Source of the DNA: an uncultured Chloroflexia bacterium
Lineage (GTDB): Bacteria > Chloroflexota > Dehalococcoidia > DSTF01 > JALHUB01
DNA: 31,124 nt
Direction of reading: 5' to 3'
Assembly: GCA_963726245.1 (NCBI GenBank)
Contig: CAVSBT010000012.1
Location: 1 to 31,124 of the forward strand
The notes below the pieces were generated by a model. That model ran no database searches. It was not told where the DNA came from and saw only the letters and a program-made list of their open reading frames with translations. The translations under genes and the position numbers were made by a program. How positions within the stretch are numbered: position 1 is the first letter of the stretch; each line of letters begins with the position of its first letter. Positions 19,071 through 29,942 of this stretch are shown here, piece by piece.

Positions 19071-20910
19071 CTACCGCCTCAGGTCGGGCAGGAGTTGGGT
19101 CACTACGTCGTAGTTCCCCAAGGAGGGTGTGATGTAGACTCCCTGGATGCGCCCGCGCACAGCGTCCAGGAGCTCCCGGGCGAGGGCTATCCCCTCCTCG
19201 GGGCCGTTGTCGCCGGCGCGCGCGCATGCGCTCACGCACCGAGTCCGGGATTACGATGCCCGCCAGCTCGTTCCGCAAGAAATCGGTGTGGCGGAGGCTT
19301 TGCAGGGGCATCACCCCCAGGAGAATGGGAACCTTCAAGCCAGAGGTCGCCTTTAGGAAACGGTCCAGGGCCTCCACGTCGTAGACGGCCTGGGTCATGA
19401 TGAAGTCGACGCCGGCCGCCAGCTTCCGACGCAGCAGCTTCATCTCGACCTCCAGGGACGCGGCTGTCGGGTTCGCCGCCGCCCCAATAAAGAACGACGT
19501 CGGCTGGCCCATTGAGTTGCCCACCCAGTCCACGCCTTCGTTAAGGCCCTTCAGCACGCGGATGAGGCCCACGGTGCTAACGTCCCAGACGGCCACCGCG
19601 CGGGCGTAGCCGCCGCCGCTGGGCGCGTCGCCGCGCAGACAGAGCACGTTGCGCAGGCCCCAGACGTGAGCGCCGATCAGGTCGGCCTGGAGGGCCGCCA
19701 GGTTGCGGTCTCGGGTGGTGAAGTGAACGATCGTCTCCAGGCCCACGCGCTGCTGGACAAGGAGAGCGAAGGCCAGCGGACTCATGCGGGTCTGCGCCCG
19801 TGGGCTATCCCCCACGTTGACGCAGTCGGCGCCGGCGTCCTTGAGCATGGCGGCCGCCTCGAGGGTGCGGCGCGGGTTGATCCCCTTAGGAGGGTCGATC
19901 TCCACGCTGACCACAAAGTGACCGGCGGCCAGCTTATCTCGAAGGGTCTCGCCCTCGGCCGGCCCTTCGGTGAGCTTAGCTATGATTGCTGGTGCGCCCG
20001 CGGCCTCCACCGGCGCCTCGCCGGCCAGCACGTCGCGCATGGCCTTCGTGTGCTCGGGCGTCGTGCCGCAGCAGCCCCCGACGATGGTCGCGCCGGCTGC
20101 CACCAGCCTGGGCACGTATTCCGCGAAAGCCTGTGGTCCGATCGGATACACTACGCCCCTCTCCAGCAGCCGGGGCTGGCCGGCGTTGGCCTGGGCGCAG
20201 AGCTTGACGCCGCTGGCGGCGGCCATCTTCTCGATGATCTCCAGGGCGGGCTGCGGACCGGGCACGCAGTTGACGCCCACCACGTTCGCGCCCTCCCCCT
20301 GCAGGGCACGCACCACGTCGCCGGGCTCCTCGCCGGCCCAGGTGCGACCGTCGCGCTGGAAGCTGAGCTGCGCCACCACCGGCACGTCGCCGGCCCCGCG
20401 CACGGCGGCCAGCGCCTCGCGGATCTCGGCCAGAGTGGGGAAGGTCTCCAGCATTATGAGGTCGACGCCGGCCTCGACCAGCGCATCGACCTGCTCGCGG
20501 AAGATACGGCGGGCCTGCTTCAGGCTTACGTCGGCCGCCTCCGAAGTGGGGATGCCGACACCAATGGGCCCCACAGCGGCAGCAACGAAGACGCTCCGGC
20601 CCGCCTCCTTCACCGCTCCGCGGGCGATCTCGACGCCGCGCCGGTTGATCTCGCGGACGCGGTCGCTCAGACCGTAGCGGCCGAGACGGAGGCCGGTCGC
20701 CCCGAAGGTGTTGGTCTCGATGATCGCGGCGCCCGCCTCGATGTACTCGCGGTGTATGCCGGCCACCAGGTCGGGGTTGTCCAGGTTGACCGCCTCCAGG
20801 CAGGCCGAGAGGGGCACTCCGCGCTCGTGCAGGATAGTGCCCATGGCGCCGTCAGAGAGAAGAACGCCCTTCTCCAGGGCCAGAAGGAAAGGATGACTCG
20901 CGGCCTCCAA
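19071..20910 (-). CDS. yitJ: Bifunctional homocysteine S-methyltransferase / methylenetetrahydrofolate reductase (YitJ-like), indel near 19220
   Basis: DGAMGT, ETNTFGA, Zn ligands GVNC and GGCCGT, then the MTHFR part VEIDPPK, HFTTRDRN, MTQAVYD. The corrected C-terminus ends ...LLPDLRR* at 19071. Confidence 0.88.
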
Positions 20911-21157
20911 AATGCTCCCTCTCGGTAGTATCCCCAGCAGCGTGCTCTAGCATACATGGCCGCCGATTAGCGACGCAAGAAGCGACGCACGCCTCCACGG
21001 AGCACCCTCAACAGTCAACCGACCCCCAAAATGGGCCGAACGGCCCCCCCAAGAGGGGTAACTTGCACCGTGCCGGTCCGTACGGTGCGGGATACGTTTT
21101 ACCTAGTCAATGGCAAACTCGAATCACTAGGAAACACCCTCAATGGGAGCTGACAGC

Positions 21158-21826
21158 ATGGAAGGCGCAAGCATCCCGGCAGATACCTATGCCAAGACCG
21201 CTGACGGTGTATACGCCGTCGATGGCCGGCAGCGCATCGTCTACTGGAGCCCCTCCGCTCAGCAGATACTAGGCTGGAAGCCCGACGAGGTAGTCGGGGA
21301 GCACTGCTACGACATCATCTCGGGCGGAGACTACGAGGGGCAGCGGTTCTGCCGCCGCAACTGCCCTACCATCGCCGCTGCCAGGAAGGCGAAACCCGTC
21401 GGTAACTACGATGTCCTCTCGCGCCGTAAGAACGGTTCCCCCGTCTGGCTAAACGTCAGCATCATGCTGCCGCCCGAGGCCGGCAGAGACGGCGTCTGCG
21501 CCGTCCACGTCTTCCGCGACGTCAGCGAGCGCCGTCGCTCCGAGCAGCTCGCCCAGCAGACGCTGGAGATAGTAGCGCGCTTCGCGTCCGGCGAGGAAGG
21601 CCAGCTTGAGACCAGCGCTTATCCCCCGCCATCGCCGCCGCTCACGCAGCGGGAACTCGAGGTACTCCGCTTGTTGGCCTCCGGCGTGCCGACGGAGGAT
21701 ATCGCTACCAGCCTGGGAGTCAGCCGCTCGACAGCGCGCAACCACATCGAGAGCATACTGGCCAAGCTGGGAGTGCACAGCCGGCTCCAGGCTGTCGTCT
21801 ACGCCTCGCAGCACCGTCTCATCTAG
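21158..21826 (+). CDS. PAS plus LuxR-HTH one-component regulator
   Basis: PAS (DGVYAVD...IVYWS..A..ILGW...RKNGSPVWLNVS...FRDVSERR) and LuxR HTH (LTQRELEVLRLLASG...TARNHIESILAKLGVHSR). Confidence 0.9.
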   Translation: MEGASIPADTYAKTADGVYAVDGRQRIVYWSPSAQQILGWKPDEVVGEHCYDIISGGDYEGQRFCRRNCPTIAAARKAKPVGNYDVLSRRKNGSPVWLNVSIMLPPEAGRDGVCAVHVFRDVSERRRSEQLAQQTLEIVARFASGEEGQLETSAYPPPSPPLTQRELEVLRLLASGVPTEDIATSLGVSRSTARNHIESILAKLGVHSRLQAVVYASQHRLI

Positions 21827-21844
21827 CGCATTCCACCACCGCCG

Positions 21845-21876
21845 AAAAGCAGAACCGGCGCCCTTTGTGGCGCCGG
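21845..21876. terminator. Hairpin between the convergent LuxR and SufR-like genes
   Basis: CCGGCGCC-CTTTGT-GGCGCCGG with a U-rich tail on the minus strand. Confidence 0.5.
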
Positions 21877-21910
21877 ACTCGTCTAGACAACTAGGGAAGG
21901 CCCGCCCCGG

Positions 21911-22573
21911 CTAGCTAACGCCCGCCTCCTCGGCCTTCTTCTCCGTAACCCAGTACGAGCAGTAGGTCGTCTCCTCCGACGTGACGGGCTCTACGGGCTC
22001 CACGTCGGCCCGCAGCAGGGTGACGAGCAGCCGCTGGTCATGGGCGCACATCTGGGTATGGGCGTTGGCAACGCGACGGCAGGGGCAGCCGTGGCCCAGC
22101 AGGTAGTAGCCGCCTTCCCCTGAGCGCCACTCGAAGATGAGACCCTCGTCCGCCAGGAGCTTGACCACCTCGTCCAGACGCTGCTCGAGGGTGGCTCCTG
22201 TCACGCGAGAGGCGTAAGTCTGAGCCATCCGCTCCGCCATCTTCTCGAAGACCAGCTCCGCCAGCTCGAGACCGCTGCGGCCGCGCGTCTCCTTCGTATC
22301 CAGGTCGACGATTTCCTCGATTAGCCGATTTGTAAGACGGATGTAGTTCTTAGGGAAAAGGTCTTCCCCTGCTTCCGTCAATGTGAAGACGTAGTGGGGA
22401 CGGCCTGTCTCCCGTCTCACCTGGCTCACACTGACCACCGCATCGCGCATGAGGATGTCGAGGTGACGGCGAATAGTGGCCGGCGCCAGGCCAAGGAGAC
22501 GCGTCAACTCCTCGATGGTGGCCTGCTTGCGCCGTCTCAGGATCTCAAGAATAGTCTGCCGCGTGGTCTCCAA
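21911..22573 (-). CDS. SufR-like Fe-S cluster regulator (winged HTH plus Cys-containing C-domain)
   Basis: TRQTIL...TIRRHLDIL...GRPHYVFTLTEAGEDLFPKNY and C-x12-C...C (HGCPC...MCAHD...YCSY). Divergent from iscS. Confidence 0.75.
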   Translation of the reverse strand: METTRQTILEILRRRKQATIEELTRLLGLAPATIRRHLDILMRDAVVSVSQVRRETGRPHYVFTLTEAGEDLFPKNYIRLTNRLIEEIVDLDTKETRGRSGLELAELVFEKMAERMAQTYASRVTGATLEQRLDEVVKLLADEGLIFEWRSGEGGYYLLGHGCPCRRVANAHTQMCAHDQRLLVTLLRADVEPVEPVTSEETTYCSYWVTEKKAEEAGVS

Positions 22574-22637
22574 CTGATTAACCTCCCGGCCCGGCGGTGC
22601 GAGCGTGCCACCGGCTGCCGCGCCCTTCGTCGAGTCT

Positions 22638-22737
22638 AGAGTAGCATTCGCCCAAACGTGCTGTCAATGATTGCTTGGCTTTTCGTGCTAATATGGCTAA
22701 TTTCTGATTGACTGCCCCAGCGACCACATGCTACCTT
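22638..22737. promoter_or_regulatory. Back-to-back promoters for the SufR-like gene and iscS
   Basis: Minus: TTGACA-18-TACTCT (22667-22638). Plus: TTGACT-18-TACCTT (22708-22737). Both have TG extensions. Confidence 0.55.
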
Positions 22738-22759
22738 GGAAGCTCAAGGTATCTCCGCC

Positions 22760-23973
22760 ATGACTCACCGCATATACCTGGACCACGCCGCCACCACGCC
22801 TCTGGACCCTCGCGTGCTGGAGGCAATGCTGCCCTACCTCCACACTCACTGGGGCAACCCTTCCAGCATCTATCAGGAGGCGCAAGAGGCACGCGAGGGG
22901 CTGGACAGCGCCCGCCGCACGGTGGCCGAGATTCTCGGCGCCCACCCCAACGAGGTCGTCTTCACCAGCGGCGGCAGCGAGAGTGACAATAGCGCCCTCC
23001 GCGGCGTGGCTCAGGCGGCCCGCCGGGGCGCGCAGACCGGGGCCGCCGGCGGCGCCACATCATCACTTCCGCCATCGAACATCACGCCATCCTCCACGCC
23101 GCCGAGGAGCTGGAGGGCGAGGGCTTTCGCATCACCTACCTTCCCGTGGACAGCACCGGCCTGGTGGACATCAGCGCCCTGGAGAGGGCGCTGGACGGCG
23201 AGACCATCCTGGTGAGCATCATGTACGCCAACAACGAGGTCGGTACCATCGAGCCGATCGCCGAGATGGCCCAACTGGTGAAGGCCCGCCAGCCCCACGC
23301 GGTCTTTCACACCGACGCCGTCCAGGCCGTGGGCGCGCTCGACATCAACGTGGACCGGCTGGGGGTAGACGCGCTGTCCATCGCCGCCCACAAGCTGCAC
23401 GGCCCGAAAGGCGTGGGCGCCCTCTATATCCGCACGCGCACCCCCTTCCAGCCGCAGCAGTTGGGCGGGGGCCAGGAGAAGAACCGGCGAGCGGGCACCG
23501 AGAACGTGGCCGGCGCCGTCGGCCTGGCGACCGCCATGCGCCTGGCCTACGAGGAGCTGGAGCAGCGCACCGCCCGCATCCGCGCCCTCCGCGACCGGCT
23601 CCTGGCCGAGGTGCCGCGTCTCGTCCCCGGCACCCACGTCACCGGGCCGTCTGACCCGCGGGCGCGCCTGCCCAACAACTTCAGCTGCTGCTTCGAGGGC
23701 GTGGAGGGCGAGGCCGTCCTCCTCCAGCTAGACCTGGCGGGCATCGCCGCCAGCAGCGGCTCCGCCTGCACGTCCGGCTCGCTGGAGCCGTCGCACGTCC
23801 TGAAGGCGATCGGCGTCCCCGACGACCTGGCGCGGGGCAGCCTGCGCCTCACCGTGGGCAAGGACAACACCCAAGAGGACATCGACCGCTTGCTGGCCGT
23901 ACTGCCGGGCATCGTCCAGCGGCTGCGGAGCCTGTCGCCTCTGGCCGGTCGCCAGGCCGGCCGCTCCTCCTAG
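22760..23973 (+). CDS. iscS: Cysteine desulfurase, IscS/NifS type, indel near 23055
   Basis: [24 protein letters not shown]; then [25 protein letters not shown] (PLP lysine), SSGSACTS (catalytic Cys). Confidence 0.92.
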
Positions 23974-24452
23974 CGGGACCCGCCCACCTTGCGCAGGCGA
24001 CGGGGCGGCCAGTAGACGAGCCAGGCGCGCGCCTGGATGTCCCGAGCGCTCACCGTGCCGAAATGACGGGCGTCGGTGCTCAGGTCTGGCGCGTCGCCGA
24101 GAAGGAAGTACTCGTCCTCGCCCAGGGTCTTGACCTTCGCTTCAGCGCCCTCAGCAACAGGCTGGCTGGGAGCTTCCTCCACCCGCCAGTCGTCGCCCTC
24201 AGTCGTCACCACATCCCCAGGGACGCCCGCCACTCGCTTCACCAGCTTCATCGAGGGACGTTCGGGGTGCTTGGCCAGGACCACGTCGCCGCGGCGCGGA
24301 CGCTCCAGGCGGTACGCGAGAGCGTCGAAGAGGACGCGCTCGCCGGGGGCCAGCGTCGGGTACATGCTCCATCCCCGAACCACCACGCGCCGCGCGGAGA
24401 GGAAGGCGATGAGCGGATAGACGAGCGGAAGTCGCAGGAGGGATCGGGGCAT
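23970..24452 (-). CDS. sodX: S26-family peptidase, probably the Ni-SOD maturation protease SodX
   Basis: GWSMYPTL (Ser), RRGDVV, VKRV (Lys), LGD...STDARHFG. Divergent neighbour of sodN. Confidence 0.75.
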   Translation of the reverse strand: MPRSLLRLPLVYPLIAFLSARRVVVRGWSMYPTLAPGERVLFDALAYRLERPRRGDVVLAKHPERPSMKLVKRVAGVPGDVVTTEGDDWRVEEAPSQPVAEGAEAKVKTLGEDEYFLLGDAPDLSTDARHFGTVSARDIQARAWLVYWPPRRLRKVGGSR

Positions 24453-24570
24453 TGCCGCAGCCTCCGACAGTTAGGCCGGCTGGTGGCGGAGGCACGGCCG
24501 CCACGTTCGGCATGTTATCATATACGTAGAGTATTCTGATTCTAGTTTTCTTGTGCTAAGGAGGGCCAAG

Positions 24571-25083
24571 ATGATCCTGTCACGCGTTTTCGCCATCGTG
24601 AACCGCCTGCTCCCGGCCGAGGAGGCGTTCGCTCACTGCGACATCCCCTGCGGCATCTACGACCCCCATCCGGCGCAGATTGCCGCCCAGACAGTGCTGC
24701 GCATGAACCAGCTCATCGAGAAGTTGCAGCACCCAGCCCATGACGGCGGGGCGGAGCACGACGCCTACATCAACTCCCTCGCGCGCTACATCGCGGTCAA
24801 GGAGCAGCACGCCGAGCTCTGCAAGCGGGAGCTCCTCATCATCTGGGGAGACTACTTCAAGCCCGAGCACCTGGAGAAGTTCCCCGACCTGCACACCACC
24901 TTCTGGAACACCATCAAGCTGGCCTCCAAGAACAAGCAAGAGGTGAACATGCAGGCGGCCCAGGACCTGCTGGCCTCGGTGCAGAAGGTGGCGGAGATCT
25001 TCTGGGCTTCCAAGGGGGCAAAGGTTCGCCGGCAGCCCTCTTTGCAGACCGTCGGCGGAGAGGTGGTCTACCCGGCCGCGTAG
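24571..25083 (+). CDS. sodN: Nickel superoxide dismutase precursor
   Basis: Propeptide ending AFA, Ni-hook HCDIPCGIYDP, KEQHAELCK, IWGDYFKPEH. AAGGAGG SD. Confidence 0.95.
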   Translation: MILSRVFAIVNRLLPAEEAFAHCDIPCGIYDPHPAQIAAQTVLRMNQLIEKLQHPAHDGGAEHDAYINSLARYIAVKEQHAELCKRELLIIWGDYFKPEHLEKFPDLHTTFWNTIKLASKNKQEVNMQAAQDLLASVQKVAEIFWASKGAKVRRQPSLQTVGGEVVYPAA

Positions 25084-25112
25084 AGACGCGCGTCACCGGC
25101 CAAGAACGCAGC

Positions 25113-25151
25113 GCTCAGGGCCGCCCCCTCGTGGGAGGGGCGGCCCTGAGC
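25113..25151 (+). terminator. Strong hairpin after sodN
   Basis: 15-bp perfect stem GCTCAGGGCCGCCCC/GGGGCGGCCCTGAGC with a poor U-tract. Confidence 0.65.
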
Positions 25152-25188
25152 CTTGGCAAACCCCACGCCATCGACAGGTGCCCTGCAC

Positions 25189-26949
25189 ATGGGCTAGAGT
25201 AGCCTCGTCGCCGGGCCCGGCCCGGCCCAAGCTCCTGCCAGGGAGGAAGCCACGAAGGCGCTCTCCGGCACTCTGGCCCTGTTCACCGTCCTGGTGGCGG
25301 CCGCCTGTCCCCAGCAGGCGTCCAGCCCCTCGCAGACGCCCTCAGCCGGGCCGCTCCGCCTGTACGTGGAGCCAGGCGCGCCCCCCGGCACCGAGTCCCT
25401 CGCCCAGGCCTTCGGCTACGCGCTGGGCATCGAGGTGACGCCTGTCGACGCCAGCGCCCGGCCTCACCTCACCATCTCCCTGCAGCCGCCGAAGGACAAG
25501 AACTCCGACCAAGCCTCATCGACACCGGTCGCCTATCGATACTGGGTACCCGTGGCGCCCTTCTGGAGCCGTCTGGAGGGGCTGGCCTGGAGCGACCTGC
25601 GGGCCGCCTTGACGGGCGGCCCCACCGCTGCCGGCGCCTCGGCTCTCTACCTGCCGTCAGACCTGCGCGACGAGCTGGAGCGGGCCGCCGGCGCGCCGGT
25701 GCCTGGTCCGGACGCAGGACAGGCTGCGCACTGGCTGCCTCAGACCGAGATAGCGGCCGCCGTCGCCGGCGACGAAGGCGCCCTCGGCCTCCTGCCCCTG
25801 GAGGCCGTCGACTACCACGTGCGCAGCCTGGCCCTGGACGGCATCGACATGGTGCGGGGTATAGGTCCGCCCGAGGACTATCCCCTCGCCGACCGGCTGT
25901 GGCTCACCATAGACCAGCAGGCCTTCAAGGGGGCGCCGGCGTCGTTGCGAACCGCAGCCGAGGGCCTGGTCGACCTCATGCGCCGCCACTTCGAGGCGCA
26001 GGCCGCGCCGAAGCCGATCCGCCTCCTGGCCACGGGCGACATCATCCCCGCCCGCTGCGTCTACGCTCAGCAACTTGCCTACGGGGACTTTCGCCACGCC
26101 TTCCTCGAAACCGCCGACGTGCTGCGGGCGGCGGACATCACCGTGGGCAGCCTGGACGCCTCCCTCTCCGACGCCGGGCAGCCCATCGGCTGCACGGAGA
26201 CTTTCAGTCTCCTGGCGCCGGCCCGCAGCATCGAGGGCCTCACCTTCGCCGGCTTCGACGTCATGACGGTGGCCTCGAATCACGCCAAGGACTGCGGGGC
26301 CAGCGCCTGCGGCGACCAGGCCTTCCTCGACACCCTCACCAATCTGGAGACGGCCGGCATCGCCGCCGTGGGCGGAGGCCGCAACCTGGCGGAAGCCCGC
26401 TCGCCCCGCGTGCTGACGGTGAACGGTGTCCGCTTCGCCTTCCTCGGCTACGACGACATCGGCTCCTCCGACTACGGCGCCACCGAGGACAGCCCCGGCA
26501 CGGCGCCCCTGGCCTTCGGGACGCTGGGCGAAGACGTGGCGCGCGCCCGCCAGGAAGCCGACGTTGTCATCGTCCTCAACCACTGGGGCACGGAGTACAC
26601 GTCTGTCCCCACCGAAAGGCAGCGGGGGCTGGCCTGGGAGGCCGTCAACGCCGGCGCGACGCTGGTCATCGGCAACCACCCGCACTGGCCGCAGGCGGTG
26701 GAGTTCCTGGAGGGCGGCTTCGTCTCCTACGCCCTGGGCAACTTCGTCTTCGACCAGGACTGGTCGCTGGAGACCGAGCAGGGCGTCGTGATGGAGGCGG
26801 TGTTCCACGGGCCGCGCCTGGTCAGCATCCGCTACCTGCCCATCCACATCTACGACGAGCACCAGCCGCGCTGGGCCGACCCCTCGGAGGGCGATTCCAT
26901 CCTGGCGCGCATGGAGGAAGCCTCCAGAGGCCTGCCGGCCAGGCCCTAG
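25189..26949 (+). CDS. CapA/PgsA-family metallophosphatase-fold lipoprotein; signal peptide broken by indels at ~25190 and ~25273
   Basis: GDII, SNHAKD, NHWGTEY, GNHPHW, YALGNFVFDQ. Reconstructed signal peptide ...LALFTVLVAAAC. Confidence 0.82.
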
Positions 26950-27563
26950 AGCAGGTACCTGTCCAGCCCCTGCAGCAGGAAACGGACGGCGAACGCCAGG
27001 ATGACCACGCTGGCCGCCGCCGACGCCCATCGCAGCACGACATCGCCCGCCAGTCGCCGGCCCCAGGCGGCCGCTCCCGACAGGAAGGTGAACCAGGTCA
27101 GGGTGCCCGCGCCAATGAAGGCCGCCGCCGTCAGGAGCCGCAGCAGGTCGCCTTCCGACACGGCCAGGCTGCTCGCCACCGCCAGCCAGGCCGCTATAGT
27201 CAGCGGGTTGGTCATGGTGATGAGGAGGCCCTGCGCGAGCGCCACACTCACCGTTCCCGATGCCGCTCCCGCCTTGCGACGTGCCGCCTTCCCGGCGGTC
27301 AGCCCCGAGAGCCCCAGGTAGATGAGGAAGGCGGTGCCACCCAACCAGAGCGGCACGCCGAGCCAGGCGGTTCGAAAGGCCCTCTCCGCGCCAGCGGCCG
27401 CCGCCATGAAGTAGACGCCATCGACAACGGCCGCCCCCGCGCCGACGGCGAGCGCCGGCAGGAAGCCGCGCATGAGCCCCGTCCGGAGGACGGTGGCGCC
27501 CACGGGGCCCAGAGGCGCCGCCACCAGCACCCCTAGAAGGAAGGCGTGCACGAAGAGCGGAAT
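26946..27563 (-). CDS. LysE/RhtB family translocator (start appears to be ATT at 27563)
   Basis: AAPLGPVG...GFLPALAVGAGAAVVD, GLLITMTNP, and several transmembrane helices. Confidence 0.85.
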   Translation of the reverse strand: MPLFVHAFLLGVLVAAPLGPVGATVLRTGLMRGFLPALAVGAGAAVVDGVYFMAAAAGAERAFRTAWLGVPLWLGGTAFLIYLGLSGLTAGKAARRKAGAASGTVSVALAQGLLITMTNPLTIAAWLAVASSLAVSEGDLLRLLTAAAFIGAGTLTWFTFLSGAAAWGRRLAGDVVLRWASAAASVVILAFAVRFLLQGLDRYLL

Positions 27564-27594
27564 CGGCTTGCTCCTTAGTCTGGCGTTGCCAGCG

Positions 27595-27623
27595 AGTATG
27601 GCATCGCGGTCGACGTGGGGCAA
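27595..27623 (-). promoter_or_regulatory. Sigma70-type promoter for the LysE gene
   Basis: TTGCCC-17 nt-CATACT with a TG extension. The -35 coincides with the ORF-track TTG start. Confidence 0.6.
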
Positions 27624-27664
27624 CGGCGCGTGCTCGGCCCTCGAGCCCGAGAGGGCCAGCTGGT

Positions 27665-27772
27665 GTAGGGGCGCAGCATGCTGCGCCCCTACGGGTGGGA
27701 TGCAAAGCTGTCTTGTTCGTGACCGTCAGCCTTCCACGCGGGGGCTCGTGGAGGGCTGAAGCCCTCCGCTAC
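27665..27772. repeat. REP-like doublet
   Basis: Exact copy of GTAGGGGCGCAGCATGCTGCGCCCCTAC (27665-27692) and GTGGAGGGCTGAAGCCCTCCGCTAC (27748-27772). Confidence 0.82.
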
Positions 27773-27867
27773 GGGCTGGTGCTATCTCGATAGTGAGAAC
27801 GAGCATGCAGGACAAAGACTAGGGGGCCTAGGACTCCCTTTTTGCCCGTCAATAGCTCTCAATGCCC

Positions 27868-27896
27868 TTGCGTGCCTCTGGCTTCGCGGCTAAATT
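27868..27896 (+). promoter_or_regulatory. Promoter for groEL
   Basis: TTGCGT-17 nt-TAAATT immediately before the CIRCE. Confidence 0.6.
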
Positions 27897-27900
27897 AGTG

Positions 27901-27927
27901 TTAGCACTCTGACGGAAAGAGTGCTAA
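27901..27927. promoter_or_regulatory. CIRCE element (HrcA operator)
   Basis: Perfect TTAGCACTC-N9-GAGTGCTAA. Confidence 0.97.
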
Positions 27928-29561
<1,634 letters not shown>

Positions 29562-29573
29562 CGGCCATGCACC

Positions 29574-29606
29574 GGGGGCCCGCGAGAGCGGGCCCCCTAC
29601 CTTTCC
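29574..29606 (+). terminator. Terminator after groEL
   Basis: GGGGGCCCGC-GAGA-GCGGGCCCCC followed by TACCTTTC. Confidence 0.75.
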
Positions 29607-29641
29607 TCTCAGCGCCGCAAACCCGGCATGGTTTTCCACTC

Positions 29642-29704
29642 GTAGGGACAGAGCTTCAGCTCTGTCCTTGTTGTGGGCGGACGGAGCTGAAGCTCCGTCC
29701 TTAC
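29642..29704. repeat. Inverted REP pair (REPIN-like)
   Basis: GTAGGGACAGAGCTTCAGCTCTGTCC (29642-29667) and an inverted near-copy GGACGGAGCTGAAGCTCCGTCCTTAC (29679-29704). Confidence 0.82.
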
Positions 29705-29738
29705 GACATCCACCGCCTTCACGAGGCAGATCGCGTCG

Positions 29739-29767
29739 TTGACACCAATAGGCCCCCATGCTAGCAT
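29739..29767 (+). promoter_or_regulatory. Sigma70-type promoter upstream of the glgA leader
   Basis: TTGACA-17 nt-TAGCAT with a TG extension. Confidence 0.75.
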
Positions 29768-29773
29768 CACGCC

Positions 29774-29918
29774 CGACGGGTAGCCCGCCGGGCTACCTGT
29801 TTCACGCAAGAACGGTCCTGTCGCCTGGGGTTGGGTCGGCGGTTCGGTACGGCGGCAAGCCGGAGGGGTGACCCTGGACGGACCGTAGGCGAAGAGCCTC
29901 TGGTCTGTCTTTTTGTTG
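29774..29918 (+). ncRNA. Candidate cis-regulatory leader RNA (attenuator or riboswitch-like) before glgA
   Basis: 5' hairpin at 29776-29800. Helix ACGGUCC(U)GUC (29812-29822) with GAC-GGACCGU (29877-29886) competes with an intrinsic terminator (29877-29909 plus UUUUU). Confidence 0.6.
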
Positions 29919-29942
29919 CCGCTTCGGACCACCACCGGGGAG

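Noticed and set aside
27781-27843. Small hairpins and a U-tract upstream of the groEL promoter as a possible sRNA end
   Set aside because: No convincing plus-strand promoter and the stem is weak; at most it insulates groEL.
29926-29942. ACCACCGGGGAG resembles part of a ZTP riboswitch
   Set aside because: The upstream GACUGGCG/GUGG partner and the downstream CGCCUGGG hairpin are not in the right order; it is simply the glgA SD region.
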